Source: Bispira polyomma (Eukaryota). Taken from it: DNA of 64,000 bases. A program made the translations under genes and the position numbers. The notes below the pieces were generated by a model. That model was not told the DNA's origin. It made no database searches and worked only from the letters and a program-made list of their open reading frames with translations. Of this stretch, positions 27,200 through 41,138 are shown piece after piece. The stretch spans positions 15,500,001 to 15,564,000 of the forward strand of contig OZ287748.1 in the NCBI GenBank assembly GCA_965649765.1. The letters are read 5' to 3'. Every line of letters starts with the position of its first letter. Positions within the stretch are counted from its first letter, which is position 1.

Positions 27200-30100
27200 G
27201 ACCGCCTCTTTCTGTAAATCTGGGCCCTCCAGCATGCAAGTTACAGATCAGGTGGTTTAACGTCCGATCCTTGCGGAAAAAGGTGCCTGCAGTCATTAAT
27301 TTGATCATGTGGCTCAGTAGTAGGGATACTGCATCTATTTGGACAGATATAGCTTCTCCGGGTTACAAATTTTTTTAGCTTCCTACTCTCCTAAAACGTC
27401 GAGGGTGAGTAAGCATAGTTTCCTCTCCTGCGAAATTCTCAAAAAGCAGTCTTATTCGTCTTTTGAATCAATCACATGCAAAATTTCGAATGGTTATTAG
27501 TCATTCCTGGTTTCCTCTTTTTACCGACAACCCATCCATTCTCTAACCACCTTAATGGTGCTGTTCCACTATCATAAACAGTCCCCAATTATGCGATCGT
27601 GAGCAATCCTTGGCGTTTTCCCATGATGTTTTAAAAAAAGGGTGGGAAAAAATGTGTCATCACGACCTGTAAGATAAGTCATATGACCGACCTGATAAGT
27701 GGTTAACAATATGATTGATCGGCCCAATTTATCTTTACAATCAAATTTTTGGGCTGCTGTCCTCCCCGATTGCTAAAGATAAGTCATTGGAATCCCCCCG
27801 ACCTTCCCCGATAAATCATTAGCATTACAATTAATCGGCACAATCAGTCATTAGGATCACATGTTTTTGCGCCCGACCTCGCCGATTGCTAAAGATAAGT
27901 CATTGGAACTGCTTACGTTTCCAATGTCAACCGGTTGACAAATGTGTCCCCTGGGTCCCTCAGCCTTGGGCTTGATGGTGTTCATGAAAAAGCCTGAGAT
28001 AGTGTCCTGCATCGTAGCCAGCGTGTCCCTCAGCTCACTAGACAGTGCCGCTTTGGGGTTTGGGATTAACCTGGCATAGACCCAAGATTGCCTTGAAGTA
28101 GTCCTAGGGAATGCTATCAGCAAGACTCCATCTCTGTTTCAGCACCCTGGTCTGTGTCTGACCTAGGACGTCCCCCCCCCATACCTCCCCCCCCCCCCCT
28201 CACGGGAGTTGGTAATTCTCCTGGAGCCACAGACAAAAAGGCAGATGCGACGGCTCTGAAGCCAGCTGTTCTCGAGACATGTCATATGATGTGAGATTTC
28301 AAAAAGTAGGTATAGATAGCCATAGATAGCCATAGATAGTCTCTCTTGTTGTATAGCCATTCATAAAGTTAAAAGTCCACCAGTGCCTCCTCCTCTGCGT
28401 TACTGAACGTGACCGTGTGCATCTTCCCCTTCTTTTGTTTCCTCAATATGGACGCCACCTCTCCATCCCCAGCTGTGTCAGCCTCATCCTCCAGTTAAGG
28501 CTCCTGGGTTCCATCCTGCTTAATCACTGAGGTCTGTGAACGCTAAGAAACCTGTGTCTCTGGGATGAGAAGGGGCATTCCCACATCAAATTATTGGTTC
28601 TCCTCATCATGTGCCTTCATGTGTTCCTCCATTCTCCTCTTCCTGGTCTTTCTCTTTGGTTTTGGTCTCATAATGCTAAAACAATTTTAACTGTAATATT
28701 TTTTTCTCAAAAAAATAACAAAATCCTATTCTCAATAATAATCTCAATAATATTCTCAATAATAATCTCCGTCTGTAAAATTGTTGATAGTTGTGAAGTC
28801 TCCAAGATGCTGTAGCTGAATAAAGTAGATCTCTGTCACAGCCCCCCCTTATATACCCACAGGCCACCTCCTGAAATGCGAGCCGACTAATAGGATTTCT
28901 CTCCCAAGTTATCTTTTGACACCCTGATTTATCATTTCACTTCCCCCACTTATATTTTATTCCCCCGAGTTATCTTTTGTAATTGGCTGGTGCCAATGAC
29001 TTTGTTTGGCCTGACCAGTCTGTTTGATCGGGGCTTCACTAAAGACTTATCTTTTGTTTCACCAGAGTTATTTTTTCAATAGGGGGCAAACAAAGATCTA
29101 TCTTGGACAATTAACACGATAACTCAGGGGATAAAAAGATAACTCAAAATGGCCCCGACTTATCTTTGTGATAAAAAAATAAGTCAGGGTGAAGAGTGAA
29201 AAGATAGATCTTTAGAAGGTAACGATAAGGTGTAAGTGGGTTACGATTGTCTCTGATTGGACCCTGATTTATCAGCCATGCCACCCATATTCGCCCCTGC
29301 TTGCAGGGGTTATCAACATGTTTAAAAACCTCCTTGGAAACGATAATTCGTTGGAACCCCCCGACCTTCCCAATAATTGCCCTAATGTTACAATTGTAAA
29401 GATCAGGGGCTATGATCAGCATAGTGGAACAGGGGTATTACTCAATAGTTTTTCGAATTTTTTAAGACCCTCAATCTTCTCCCATTCGGAGCTATTATCC
29501 TTGGTGATTTCAACATCAAGGTCGACGCAACAAACACCTTAACACTTTGCTTTCTTACACTTCATCTCCAGTCCTACCCATCTCCACAATCACATACTTA
29601 ATCTGGTAATTGCTGGACCAAATTCCAAACTGCTCAGTGAAGCCTGGGTTACTGATGGGGTTTCGGATCATCTAGCAACCTTTGTCTATTTGAATTTGCC
29701 CGTACCTGTCTCACAAAAACCTTGTGTGATAAAATACCGAAATATCAGAAAATCAATATTGACAAATTCAGAAACGACATCCGTGCATTAAATCTCATGA
29801 AACATCTGTGTAAGAACGCTGACAGCCTCAGCTCACAATACAATCATAGTGTTTCAAATATTCTTAATAAACATGCATATCCAAAACCCTTCTCCCCACC
29901 TACTGACATCAATGGACCAATACCGCCATCACAGAGGCTAAAAGAACCAAACACCAACTTGAGTGTCAATGGCGTTGTACAAAATACTTGTTTGATAGCA
30001 GCTGTTACCAAAATGCCAAGAACAACTTCAACAGGCTCATATCTAGTGCCAAAAAGGAGCACTACCACTCTACCATTAGTAATAATCAACACAATCCCAA

Positions 30101-31275
30101 AAGGTTATAGTCTTCCTTAAATATAAATCTTGATTCAACATCCAGGACAGTTCTACCCATAAATCACTGTCTTACATTTTTACCAAAACAATTTGCCAAA
30201 TTTTTCATTGATAAAAACAGCAATGATATCAATCTTGCATTGGACAAAAATGAAACAGTGGCCTTCACCCTTTTAGTTCTTTCAGCAGTCTTCGACACTA
30301 TTGATGAAAGAATTAAGCTAGATGATCACTTATCATCTTCTGTCAACCTACCATACATAGTCCCCCAGGTATCTGTCCTTGGGCCTCTACTTTTCACCCT
30401 CTATACACATCCTCTCAGGACATGTATGCTGATATGAACACTCAAGTCTATCTCTCTCTCATCCTCAAAAGGCAAATAAAAATATTGATCTACTCGCGGA
30501 CTGTCTGTCAACTGTCCAGGCGTGGATGGACTACTGCAAATTCAATCCTGACAAAACAAAATTCATTCTCATAGGAAACAAGAAAGACAGTGAATTCCTA
30601 AAATCATTGTTCCCATTTACCTTCTGGGAAAAGATATATTACGTTCGAAAAATGCCAAAAACTTGGGCGTCACTTTTGACTCTGCCGTTTTGGTTGACAC
30701 TCATATTGCCAAAATCTGTCGCTCCTGCTATTACCACATCTGTGACATTAGAACAATAATCCAAAACCACCTGTCACTAGACATTGCTATAACTGTGGCT
30801 AACACCCTTGTGAGTGGCCACCTGCTCAACTACTGCAATTCTCTTTTGTTTGGAGTAAACAAGTCACAGATTAAAAAGCTCCAGTCCATTTAAAACTTCA
30901 CCTGGGTGGTCGCACAGACGTCACTCCTCATCTAAATAAAAACTACACTGGCTGCCTATTCCCTCTCAAATTTTGTAGTCACTCAACAGCCCTGCTACCT
31001 CACTTCCCTTTTCTCTTTCAGTAGCCTGAAGAAAGGCAACTTTTTCTGTTTCTTCGGTTATATCCACCAGAGCTTTATCCATTGCAGCTCCCTTGTTATG
31101 AAACAGTCTCACAGTTGACCTCAGATCAGTAGATACAATTATTAGTTTTAGGAAACAGCTCAAAACCTATTATTTAACCTTTTAACTTTAGTTTCCCTCC
31201 TGTATGCCCCCACATTTTTCCTTACGACCTTGCTATGCCCAAGAAGACAGAAAAGTTTTCCTACTACTACTACTT
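27200..31275 (+). mobile_element. Decayed, internally deleted L2/CR1-clade LINE ORF2, interrupted by a Harbinger element
   Basis: APE endonuclease motifs NVRSL..K (27258), PGYKF, FYRQP, ILGDFNI (29495), SDH (29663); RT L.LSA.FDTID, VPQ.SVLGPLLFTLY, YAD, NPDKT; (TAC)n tail at 31260. Confidence 0.88.
27555..29437 (-). mobile_element. Non-autonomous PIF/Harbinger-like DNA transposon retaining a decayed MADF/Myb-SANT gene
   Basis: TIR core ctgttccactat 27561..27572 / atagtggaacag 29421..29432; TTA TSD 27552..27554 / 29438..29440; minus-strand FSNAEEEALVDF*LYEWLYNKRD and SWLQSRR remnants 28250..28410; no transposase seen. Confidence 0.78.
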
Positions 31276-33079
31276 TAACTCTTCCATCCCAGTAATCAGC
31301 TGTTTCTGCCATTTCCGATTAAGTTGTACATTAACACTAGATAATATTAGGTTCACTCTGAATGGCATGTTATTTGAATAACGCAGAGTATCGTTTATGA
31401 TATGCTGAGAACATCAACAAATCCACACACAGTATAAACATTAATAAATATCTGTAACTTTGAATTTGTATGTCATACAAAGTTAGTACCTTATATACGG
31501 AGTAGTGAACCACTGAAACTATCCATCAATGTTTATGTCTTGCATACCTAATATCAATATTTTAAAGTAGAAATTTAGGTTAAGTAGTAAACAAATCTTT
31601 TCTAAATAATTATTTAATGTGAGCATAGAAACGGCATATGCTCTACTGTTGCCACATTTTCACATAACAAACACCTATCGCTTGATATAAGTCCCCACTT
31701 GAAAAGCCTCTTCCGACATGGTAGGATACTACTCAAAAGCTTATATATTGTTGAATTCACACAATTTCTTATCAGAGATATACTTTATATTAAATATGTG
31801 TATTGTGGCATAGTAATAATTATCTAAGTTGAACAAAGTATTCCTAAGATTTGGGTTCTTTTGTTGATTTATATTTTGGTGCACGAGTCAAAGCATTCTT
31901 GATATTATGAAGTGGAACTGGTATATTTCATGAAAATGTTTTATCCTATATTTTACCTGATATATTTCACTTAAATAGTTTGATTTGGTTGTCAATTTTC
32001 AGAGAATATATTTTTTACAGATTCTGCCTTCAATCATTTTAGATTCTCTATTCTAATCTTAAAACTTTCAATCCAGTTTGGAAATATAGTATTTCTTTTC
32101 TGGTATTTAATATTTGTTAATTTTCCCAGATGCAATGTACCTTTATTGACTGAATATCATGTTTTTAATAACCAATTTCTTATTACTATAGAGATAACCC
32201 TCAATTTTCAGCTTATAAAAAAGTAGTATAAATTGCAGATAAACAAATTTGGCTGTATTTTGGATGTTAAGTAGATCGATAATATCAAGTATGTGCAGTT
32301 TGTAAAAGCAATATACGGGAATAAATAACTATGTACTCTCCTCTCCTGCATTACACATGTGTTTCACCCAAGTAGTCTTCAGTGCACAGAAATGTGCTTC
32401 AATGTCTCTCATTTTAAGCCCACCTTGTTCAATATCACCTATTATTGTTTCTTTTTTAAGCAAAAGTGTACAATAGACATACATAAAGCAGCCTTAAATT
32501 TCCTCCGATCTGCATTTTTAAAGACTGTTCCTGTATTCAGTTGTGTTTGTGGCCCCCCAAAAAGAGACTGCAGTACCGTGCAGAAGGGCATCATAATACA
32601 AGGAATGTAAGAAAATAAATGTGGTATCTGACTGTGAACGTAAATGTGAACCACATATGTCAGTGTATTTTATTAAATTTTATTAATACAACAGTTTTTA
32701 TTTGAACAACATCTAGCAGAGGGATACATTTATTCCAGTGTTAGTTTCTCACAAAAAAAAAACCAACATCATGAATATTTGTGTTAACTTAACTTTATAG
32801 TTTGTGCACAAATATTTAACATATATGTCCAAAATATTTGGTGATATTTTAACAAGGTGTCATGTCATAATATTACTTGTGTTTAGGTTTTTATTGTACA
32901 TAAACTTACTTTCAAAGAGTATATTCAGAGCATGTCAGAGTAAAGCTAGCCAATCAATTTGCTTACTGTGAAAACCAGAGTAAATCATAGTAGTGCTTAT
33001 AAATTAGGAGTAAACTATGTCATTTTCACTCTGAACTCTCTTGAGTAAACGTCAGCTTTAGAATTTAGATAATGACCTG

Positions 33080-34060
33080 ATGACCATCTGTCTATTCCTT
33101 TTCCAACATCTCATGTATGCCGATGACACCCCAATCTACCTTTCATTACCAGCAACTAATCTACTAGATCAGCTCAGCATCATTGCCAAATGTCTCGACT
33201 CCATCCAAGATTGGATGAATTTTGCAAAACTCAAACTCAATCCTCATAAAACTAAATTCATTATAACCTACATAATAAAGAAGGCATAAACTTAAATCAC
33301 TGTTTTCTATTACTCGGAAATGATGTACTCCCAGCTGATGAAGTAAAGAATCTGGGTATCACTTTTGACTCACTTATTTCATTCAACGATTAAATTTCTA
33401 ATATTCGTTGATTTTTGTACCATTACATTCACGACCTGAAGATAATTAGAAAGCATCTATCCCATCAAACTGCAATAATCATAGCAAATGCACTTGTAAG
33501 CAGTCGATTAGACTATTGCAATTTGCTGCTTCTTGGACTAAAGAAATTCCAGCTGCAAAAGCTACAGTTAATCCAGAATAACTTTTGCAGAGGTGTGTGC
33601 CCTGTGGGACCTTGTGTCCGTACGACTACTTTTGTCAAAAGGCTAATTGGCCACCTGCCAAGTACCGCATCATTTTCAAGACCAATGTTACTGCATACAA
33701 AGCTGTGAATCATTGTGGTCTTTCACCAGGTATACCAGTTGAAACAGAATTTCAGCACTTACCCTATGGAACAATTCACCAAGCATGCTATGGACTAGAT
33801 TCAAACCAGAGACTTTAGAGGTGGGAGTGTTACCTTTATACCATGGAGGTATATTCCAAGAAAGCCTCTCTGGCTTTAAAGGTAACCTTACGACCCATCT
33901 CTTAACCCTTGCTAAGCTTCCTTAGATTTCTTTTACCTCCACGTCACCCCCCTCGATCATGAATTTGCATTGGAAACAGACGACGATTTTAACAATTTTG
34001 TCAATGATGTTGCGTTTTAAAAGATGACTGGCATCAATTAGGTGCATTAAAAATCTTTTA
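33080..34060 (+). mobile_element. L2/CR1-clade LINE 3' fragment
   Basis: HLMYADDTPIYLS, WMN..KLKLNP.KT, ANALVSSRLDYCN.LLLG; same family as 8320..9260. Confidence 0.9.
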
Positions 34061-34484
34061 TATCATAACCACCCTTCATATTTTTACCAAGGTACAGCTC
34101 ATCTGTCAATTACTAGCTTTTAATTGGAAAAGCTTTATAAAATGAACACCTCTTTTAGTCCACCACTCGATGATAGCAGACATTAATTTACCATATTTGG
34201 GTCTAATTCATAATCTACAGTCTAATCTACAAAATAGTAAAAAAACTGTGAACAATTATAGAAAATCACTGATTATCACAACTGGTAGAAATTTAATTTC
34301 TCTATCTTATGTGAATAATTATTTCTACCATTTTGTGTGGGTTATGAAGAATATACAGTCTAATGGCTCATTCACACTGTACCAAATGCGGGTTTATGGA
34401 TTTGTTGGTTCTTAATGTGAGCAGTCGCACTGCACCAAATGGGATATTGATCCTGAAATTCAATTAAAATCAAAAGTATCAGTT

Positions 34485-34555
34485 CAATCTCATTGACGTA
34501 TCAGATCAATGTCATTGACGTATCAGATCAATGCCATTGACGTATCAGATCAGTG
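34485..34555. repeat. 22-bp tandem repeat, about 3 copies
   Basis: caat(c/g)(t/c)cattgacgtatcagat repeated three times. Confidence 0.85.
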
Positions 34556-35339
34556 ACACTAAGCAAGAAAGGCCAAAGAACCAGAGAATCTAATTTTATT
34601 ATTGTCATGAAATATTTCAGGTTTACATAAGATACATAAATGATAACAATACATGTCTGGTCTGCACTAGTACCTGGAGTAGTAGCTGAACTCGAACAAA
34701 CTACATAAAATTTGGTGCATCAAACATCTGTGATTAAACACCTCACATAATTAATAAAATGAGACACTCAAATTAGTACTGACACAAATTTACACAGAGT
34801 TAAAATGTACATGTTTACACAAGCATTAACGTTTGCCTGTGACACAAACTGAATTAATTATAAATACCTCCACATATTGATGCTGCGTCATATTTCGGTG
34901 GAGTTTAGCAGTAGATTATGGGTTACCAAATTACTATACACCAATTTAGCATAGGATATACATTTCGGATGTTATTTGCTGTACTTACAAAATATTGGAA
35001 TAGACTTATGCCAAAAGTAATATCTTGGATCCGCTTATTTGGTCAACCTGCTATAATTTCCCAGTATGTAATTTCACTGTAGCACTTAATTTAATTGGCC
35101 AAATTCAGGGGAATCGTTCCTTTAAACTGCTGGGTAGTTTAGTTAATTACTTAAATTTTGCTGTGGATGACAATTTTTAACATACTCTTAAGTGTTAATG
35201 TTTTTACTTCTATAGCAGCACACTCGATGACCAGTCATCCGCTGTGGCGCAGATCCGAACCAGTATGCAAAAGGATAGTCTGATAGGAGAAAAGGTTTGT
35301 AATCAGAGTTCAGGAGACAAATGTTAAGTCGGAAAAGTA

Positions 35340-35660
35340 AGTTGATACAAATGTGTTTTAAGCTTTTTTTCTTGAAGCCTGTAATCGTTGTCTCAGTGTA
35401 AAGACTAGTAGGGATACTATTCCACTCACTCATTCACTATTCCACTCACCTTATCACTTTGTGAATGATTTGAACCAGCCAGTTTTGGGATAAGAAGCCA
35501 GTGGTGTAGATACATTTCCTCTGATAAGATAGCTGAGAGACAGCATAGATCATACATAGGCAGGTTGCTGCACATGGACAGTCTTTATGGGGATATTTGC
35601 CTTGAATTTGTTATGGAACTCAACAACCAACCAGTGCAATTTTTTTAAGAAGAGGTATCG
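35340..35660 (-). mobile_element. Short L2/CR1-type LINE C-terminal fragment
   Basis: LKKLHWL, KTVHVQQPAYV and EWNSIP......FKK motifs. Confidence 0.6.
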
Positions 35661-38492
35661 TAAAATATATTTCTTTCTGAATAGTAAGTGTTCAACTTGT
35701 ACATATATGTAGACACATCTATAAGAAAAAGTATAAATCAATAGTTACTCTGTAAAAAGACATGAATGTTTAACTTTGACAAAGTACACTTTGTCACTTT
35801 TGTACAAGACTCTAATATATTTAACTTCTAACAACTACTGGGACACATATATTAGAATAACACTATAATACCAACAGAATGCCATTTCTCCTTATGACCC
35901 GCTATCCTACTATACGAGCTAAAACTAAGTAACTTTGACATTGACATCATTATAAAAGCGTCTGATGTTGCAAATAATTCAGTATTGAGGTTACAACTCA
36001 ACAAAACTTTGATATAATTTGATATGATATGATAGATTTTTAACACGAGTAATTGATGGCAGTCATCGTCTAAAGTGCAACTTCATTGACAAAGTGGTTA
36101 AAATCATGAACCCTCCAACAGATCTTATTAATTAGGATCATATGCAGTATGAACAATAATATTACAAATTCAAATGACAGCCATAATATTATACTTATAC
36201 AAGATCTATTTTTTTCGTGCAATCTATATAAGCACAACAAAATACTATATTATTTTAGTGTGTATTTTCTTTATCAAAAACCGCCATCGTTTTAAATGTG
36301 GTTACACATTACACCTGTGTCAACATGGAGTGAGACCACTATTAATTTTGCTATGCATTATCTTATAGCCTTTTGGCCTATACTAAAGTCCAGCGAAGTG
36401 CTGGCCCTACAAATCATATATCAGAATAAAGATCAATCATAGCCTGACATTTCAGTACAAATGAAAACAGGTTTGAACTGTTGATTTTTTGAGATATCTT
36501 GAAAAATATAGGACTAGGTGATTTTCTGGTTAATCCAAGATGGCTGAACATTTCAGAAAGGCCCTTAAACAGATAGCTTCTGAAGATTTATCTTGGTGAG
36601 TTAGCTTTCGGAATGCATTTGAAATTGTTAAGTAGTCATTCCCCTTTAATATCTGTGAATATTCACCAAAGTTATAAATGTTTACTACTTTTATGAACTT
36701 TAGTTGCAACCCTATCCATTATTTTCGTTTCTACCTTAAAGACTCTGTAACCAGGAAGCCGGGAACAGTAAAATCACTCCACATCACCTTTGCTAAAATC
36801 GATGCCCAAATATTTCATTGGCCAAATGACTTGTGTTTAAAGTCTCAATAATTTAATGTACCCTATTTGTTTGTCCTGTGAATGTGATTTATGAATTTAA
36901 CTTATATGTGCCCATATTGCATATAAGTAAAACTCAGTCAACATATTTGCTGGTGATGTTTTGTATAGAAAGAATATACGTTAATCACGTTAGCTGCATA
37001 AAATATATGACGTAGAAACATAAAATGAAGTATAAAAGACATATAAACTTGGCATAAAACAGTACAATGCGAGATCAGACAAAAATAAAACCTTTGATCT
37101 ATGAGGCAGATTTACTGCCTTATTAAATTTTAAATGATATATCTGTTCCAAAACCATATGAGCTAAAGTAAAAAGTTTAGGTCCTGTTTTGCACACAAAG
37201 ACAACCCTCACAAAAACACCACTTCGAATTGTGTAAATAAACAAAGTAGTTTAAAGATACACTTTAACAGGCAGTCTGTTACCCAAAAGTAATTCCAAAA
37301 AGTAAAAAAAATTGTATCATGAACCTTTTTTTTGTTTTTTAATTTTGCCAAATAAGTTTAAAGAAATCATTTAATAACATGTTCCCTTCTTTGTTTTAAA
37401 TTGTACTTATTTGCGAAAAGGGATGTGGAATGATTCTATGACCAATAGTTTTACTGTGTATATACCCGTAAAAAAATTGAAGAAACACTTCCAAAGACTG
37501 CTCCTTATACTACACGACACGACAATTTGACTTGGAGAAATCTTAAAAAAAAAAAGTTATCATCATTGCGTATTTCTTTCTTGTTTGTGCTCAAATGGCT
37601 GCAAAGAACCTCAATTTTAATATAATGTATTGATTTGACATGGATTATGTAGTGTTGTGTAGTTTTTGATAGGAATAGGACTGTCATGCTGTGTCGTGTG
37701 TTTCCCTGTAGTGTAGTTGGCAGTCTATAAAGCCCTTATTCCTGGTGACAAATGGACACAAGACAATGAATACTCTTAAAAATGTATTCATCTACTACCA
37801 ACATACCAAAAAATATGCCAAATATAGCAAACCAGGATACATCAATTCAACATTGGAAGGAGTGCTGCTAATTTATGTTTCAACTTCTATGGAATTTATT
37901 ACAATAAAATTTTGGTTTACTTATATTGATATCATGCCCTAATACCAGATAAAGTAAACGTGGAGCATTCATTAAGGACTGTATATACATTTAAATGCCT
38001 GGGCAAAATGTTCAAATGTTCGAAATGGGGCAATTATGATGCATTGTGCTGTCTTGGTAACAAGCTAGCAGTAGTCAAATTATTGATTTTTCTATGTGAA
38101 ATATGTAACATACATAGATATGTTTATGAAGTGTTTACTGTCGGATGTAATCCAACAGATAGGCTCCTTTACAATATAATGTATATAGCCTGATGTGAAA
38201 ATTTTTTAAAATCCTAAATTTTCACAATGGCTTGGCGATTTATGTGATGCACATGTACCCCAAAAACAGTAAATTCTGCCCTCGCTTGCGTTCCATGTGA
38301 TTTTTGGTCAAATATAGCGACCTGCTTCACATAGCTCTCAAAGCCTTCGAACAGATATCTTTTTTTTACGGATCGCAAAAGTGGAACGCCCATATTAAGG
38401 AACTTTCATACAATATTGATTGTGCTATGACTTTACCAAATACTCAAACACTGACATCGACAGAGGTAAGGCATAATAACTTGTATCAATTT

Positions 38493-38696
38493 TCACATAT
38501 TAAATTTCATGTACTGCCGCAATAATTCTTGTAGTCTATGAAAAACAGCATCAGTTTTAACCATATTTGGTCCAAATAGCGCAACACATTCCGGAAGAAT
38601 AACATCTACCTGTACTTGTAACTTTCTGGGCAGGCCACTTAGCAAACCATGAGATCTAGTTCTCCAATTAAAGGAAAATATGTTCTGACAAACCAT
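38493..38696 (-). CDS. DIPK1/FAM69-family divergent kinase, coding exon 3
   Basis: ttgcag|ATG GTT TGT (phase 0); MVCQNIF...GLLSGLP..LQ.....L.EC typical FAM69 C-terminus; stop TGA at 38495..38493. Confidence 0.88.
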   Translation of the reverse strand: MVCQNIFSFNWRTRSHGLLSGLPRKLQVQVDVILPECVALFGPNMVKTDAVFHRLQELLRQYMKFNM

Positions 38697-39075
38697 CTGC
38701 AATCCAAAAATTTAAAATATGTAAATAAAATACACCGTTAACTTAGAAGTAGTTCTGGTAGTATGGTACATATACAATAATTCACAATTTTCTCAGGCTT
38801 TGATTTTATATATCAGTTACATAATGCTATCTAATGATGTAACAACAAGACAAATTCAGTCATTGCTGAATACTTTGTTGGTTTTAGTAAGAAACCATTT
38901 ACCATTGAAAATAATCTATCTCATAAACTTTCTGTACTTCATTGTACAAATGGTAAAAAAACACTAAATGATATATCACTAGACAAGAGCGGGCGGTAGC
39001 ACATAAAGCAGATGAAATGATTTACGAAATGTGTATACATGAACCTATATGTATACATATACATCAAAGACTTAC

Positions 39076-39939
39076 CTGTAAGTTATTATTCAGTCGCTGC
39101 AGACATTTTCCAGAAGTAGCATCACAAGTTGCATAGCAGTCCCAATATTCACAGCTGGAGGTACAGCTTAAATTTTGAAAAGTAGAAAAGAAAAAATAAG
39201 TATCTGTGTCGATGGGTTTCACTATCCCAGTTGATGTTACACCAAAATTTTCACCCTTCATATCACAGAAATAGAGAGGCTCATGGTAGTCTTCTTCAAA
39301 AGATCTGACCAGGTGAAGCAGGTTATATGCAATGGTTACTCTGTTCTGCCAAGTCACTGTTGAATGCAATAGGTTCCATTGGTATAAAATGACTCCTAAA
39401 GCATCTGAGGTCGGTACATATTCCATTGCGTACAGATTGCCACAAGAACCCAAAATCTTTGGCAAGAACTTTTCGTGACTAAAGTATTGCAGAAACATGT
39501 ATTCTTTTTGTTGGGCAAGGCCCCAAAGACTTCTTAAAAATGATTTATTCCTCAGTATTCTTTGATTTGATGGTTGGTCCTCTTCTTGATATAGATCATC
39601 TATATTCTGATTATCAGAGAAATGCCATAGTTTTTCCAGCAATTTTTCATCACTCATATGAACTTTCAAATTGTATGTTGCCTCTATGATGTTGTTTATT
39701 TTACCTAGTAGTTCTGAAATGTTCAGAAAGCCATTCTTACTATCCATCACATTATACATAGCCTTGTATTTTGATTTCAGTACTATTTTAGTTTCTTTCC
39801 AGGAAGCAAGGATAACAGCTTTGTCCCACAGATCATAGGAAATATGATTTAAGCACTTATTGAAATGAATTTCTGGGGTGTTTGAACACAGTGGGCTGCA
39901 CAAATTACCCATGATGTTTCCTTCCAAGAAGTCTAAACA
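39076..39939 (-). CDS. DIPK1/FAM69-family divergent kinase, coding exon 2
   Basis: tttcag|TGT to CAG|gtaagt, 288 codons, phase 0 both ends; C...G.LC..LC, IVLKSK, SLW.L.QQ.EY, LG.CG.LYA.EY, CDMK.ENFG, IDTD, C.YWDC...C....C..NNLQ. Confidence 0.93.
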
Positions 39940-40307
39940 CTGAAAGTAAAGCCACACAAAAATAATATTTGTGAACATTTGTGTATTGTACTGTGGGAAT
40001 TATTGTGAATGCAGCTAAACCCTACCCTGGTGGGGATGATATACAAATAGTCACCAGTGACTGTTTAATTGGTGCCAAATTATAATAATATTGCTATGCG
40101 TAACATGGCAGGTAAGAGGTTAAAAAAGCCAAATACTTAGCTTTTGCAAAGTATATAATTTAAAGATAGCTGTCAAAAAAAATCATTGTATGGTCTAAGA
40201 TAAAAATTAAACTGCTCCATCTGGTGAATTTTTAAACCAAAAATGTATATCCAGTTCAACCCCTTCAAGTTAAACCTCAAGAAAACAGCAAAAATACCTC
40301 TTCTTAA

Positions 40308-40765
40308 TGCCGTGGTCACACTGAATATGTTCGCATTACGTTTTTTTTTTGGAAATGGGAAAAAACAAAGTTAAAAACCTTGGAAAAATGGGGGAACGTA
40401 GCAAAAATCAAATTGTTCTCGTTCTCCTCGTTCTTAATATTATGTGTAGGTATAGTTTGTTTTACTTCTTCATGTGAAATATGCATTGAATACATTTCAT
40501 ACGTTTGCTGTGAACGCACCACCCGTTTCCTAAAATTTTTGCAGCAAACGGCAAAAAATGTAAAAAATTTCAAGCTGTCTGAAAATTAAGACTTTTTTTT
40601 AAAGCAGGAGATAACTACACTTTAGGTACCATCTTTTCCTTACATTTACTTTTATTACTTCCATTTACTACTTTTCACGTACGTTTTCCTCCATTCACTA
40701 CGTTTTACCTTACGTTACGTATTGTTTGTGTGTAAGCGAAACATAAGATCAGTGTGACCACGGCA
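40308..40765. mobile_element. Harbinger/Tourist-like MITE in DIPK intron 1
   Basis: Perfect 17-bp TIR tgccgtggtcacactga / tcagtgtgaccacggca, extending imperfectly; TAA TSD 40305..40307 / 40766..40768. Confidence 0.88.
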
Positions 40766-40964
40766 TAAGCAAGATATCCACATAACCCTGTCAATTTTAA
40801 ATCTTCTCAACTGACATCTTCTCCTGACACCCCTCAGCTTGGCCGTGTTGATTGAGTGAAATGATATTAGCCGCACCTGATAACAAAGCCAACACATACT
40901 GCGTATGATATATCACCCCTATTATTTTTTTATTATCTGACCCTAGCACCACATGTTTACTTAC

Positions 40965-41138
40965 CAGGTTATTAATTAGCGCCACCATCTCTGCGTCTTT
41001 ACAGGGATACAGATCTTTCTGTTTATACATATACCTTCCTAACTGAATGCAAGATGGAATAAACAGGAAACCAATAAAACAGAAGACAAATGTGACCCTC
41101 AAACACTGTTTCTGGTTATAATACATCTGCAACGACAT
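40965..41138 (-). CDS. DIPK1/FAM69-family divergent kinase, coding exon 1 (type II signal anchor)
   Basis: MSLQMYYNQKQCLRVTFVFCFIGFLFIPSCIQLG...C...INNL|gtaagt, phase 0; total spliced product 413 aa; upstream acceptor tttgcag at about 41149 implies a 5' UTR exon. Confidence 0.82.

Noticed and set aside
26910-27308. 132-aa minus-strand ORF as a novel or viral gene
   Set aside because: It is antisense to the start of the L2 endonuclease (NVRSL..K) on the plus strand.
37264-37510. Kolobok-like MITE (TTAA with gcagtct inverted ends)
   Set aside because: The inverted match is short and degenerate and the TSD is not intact.
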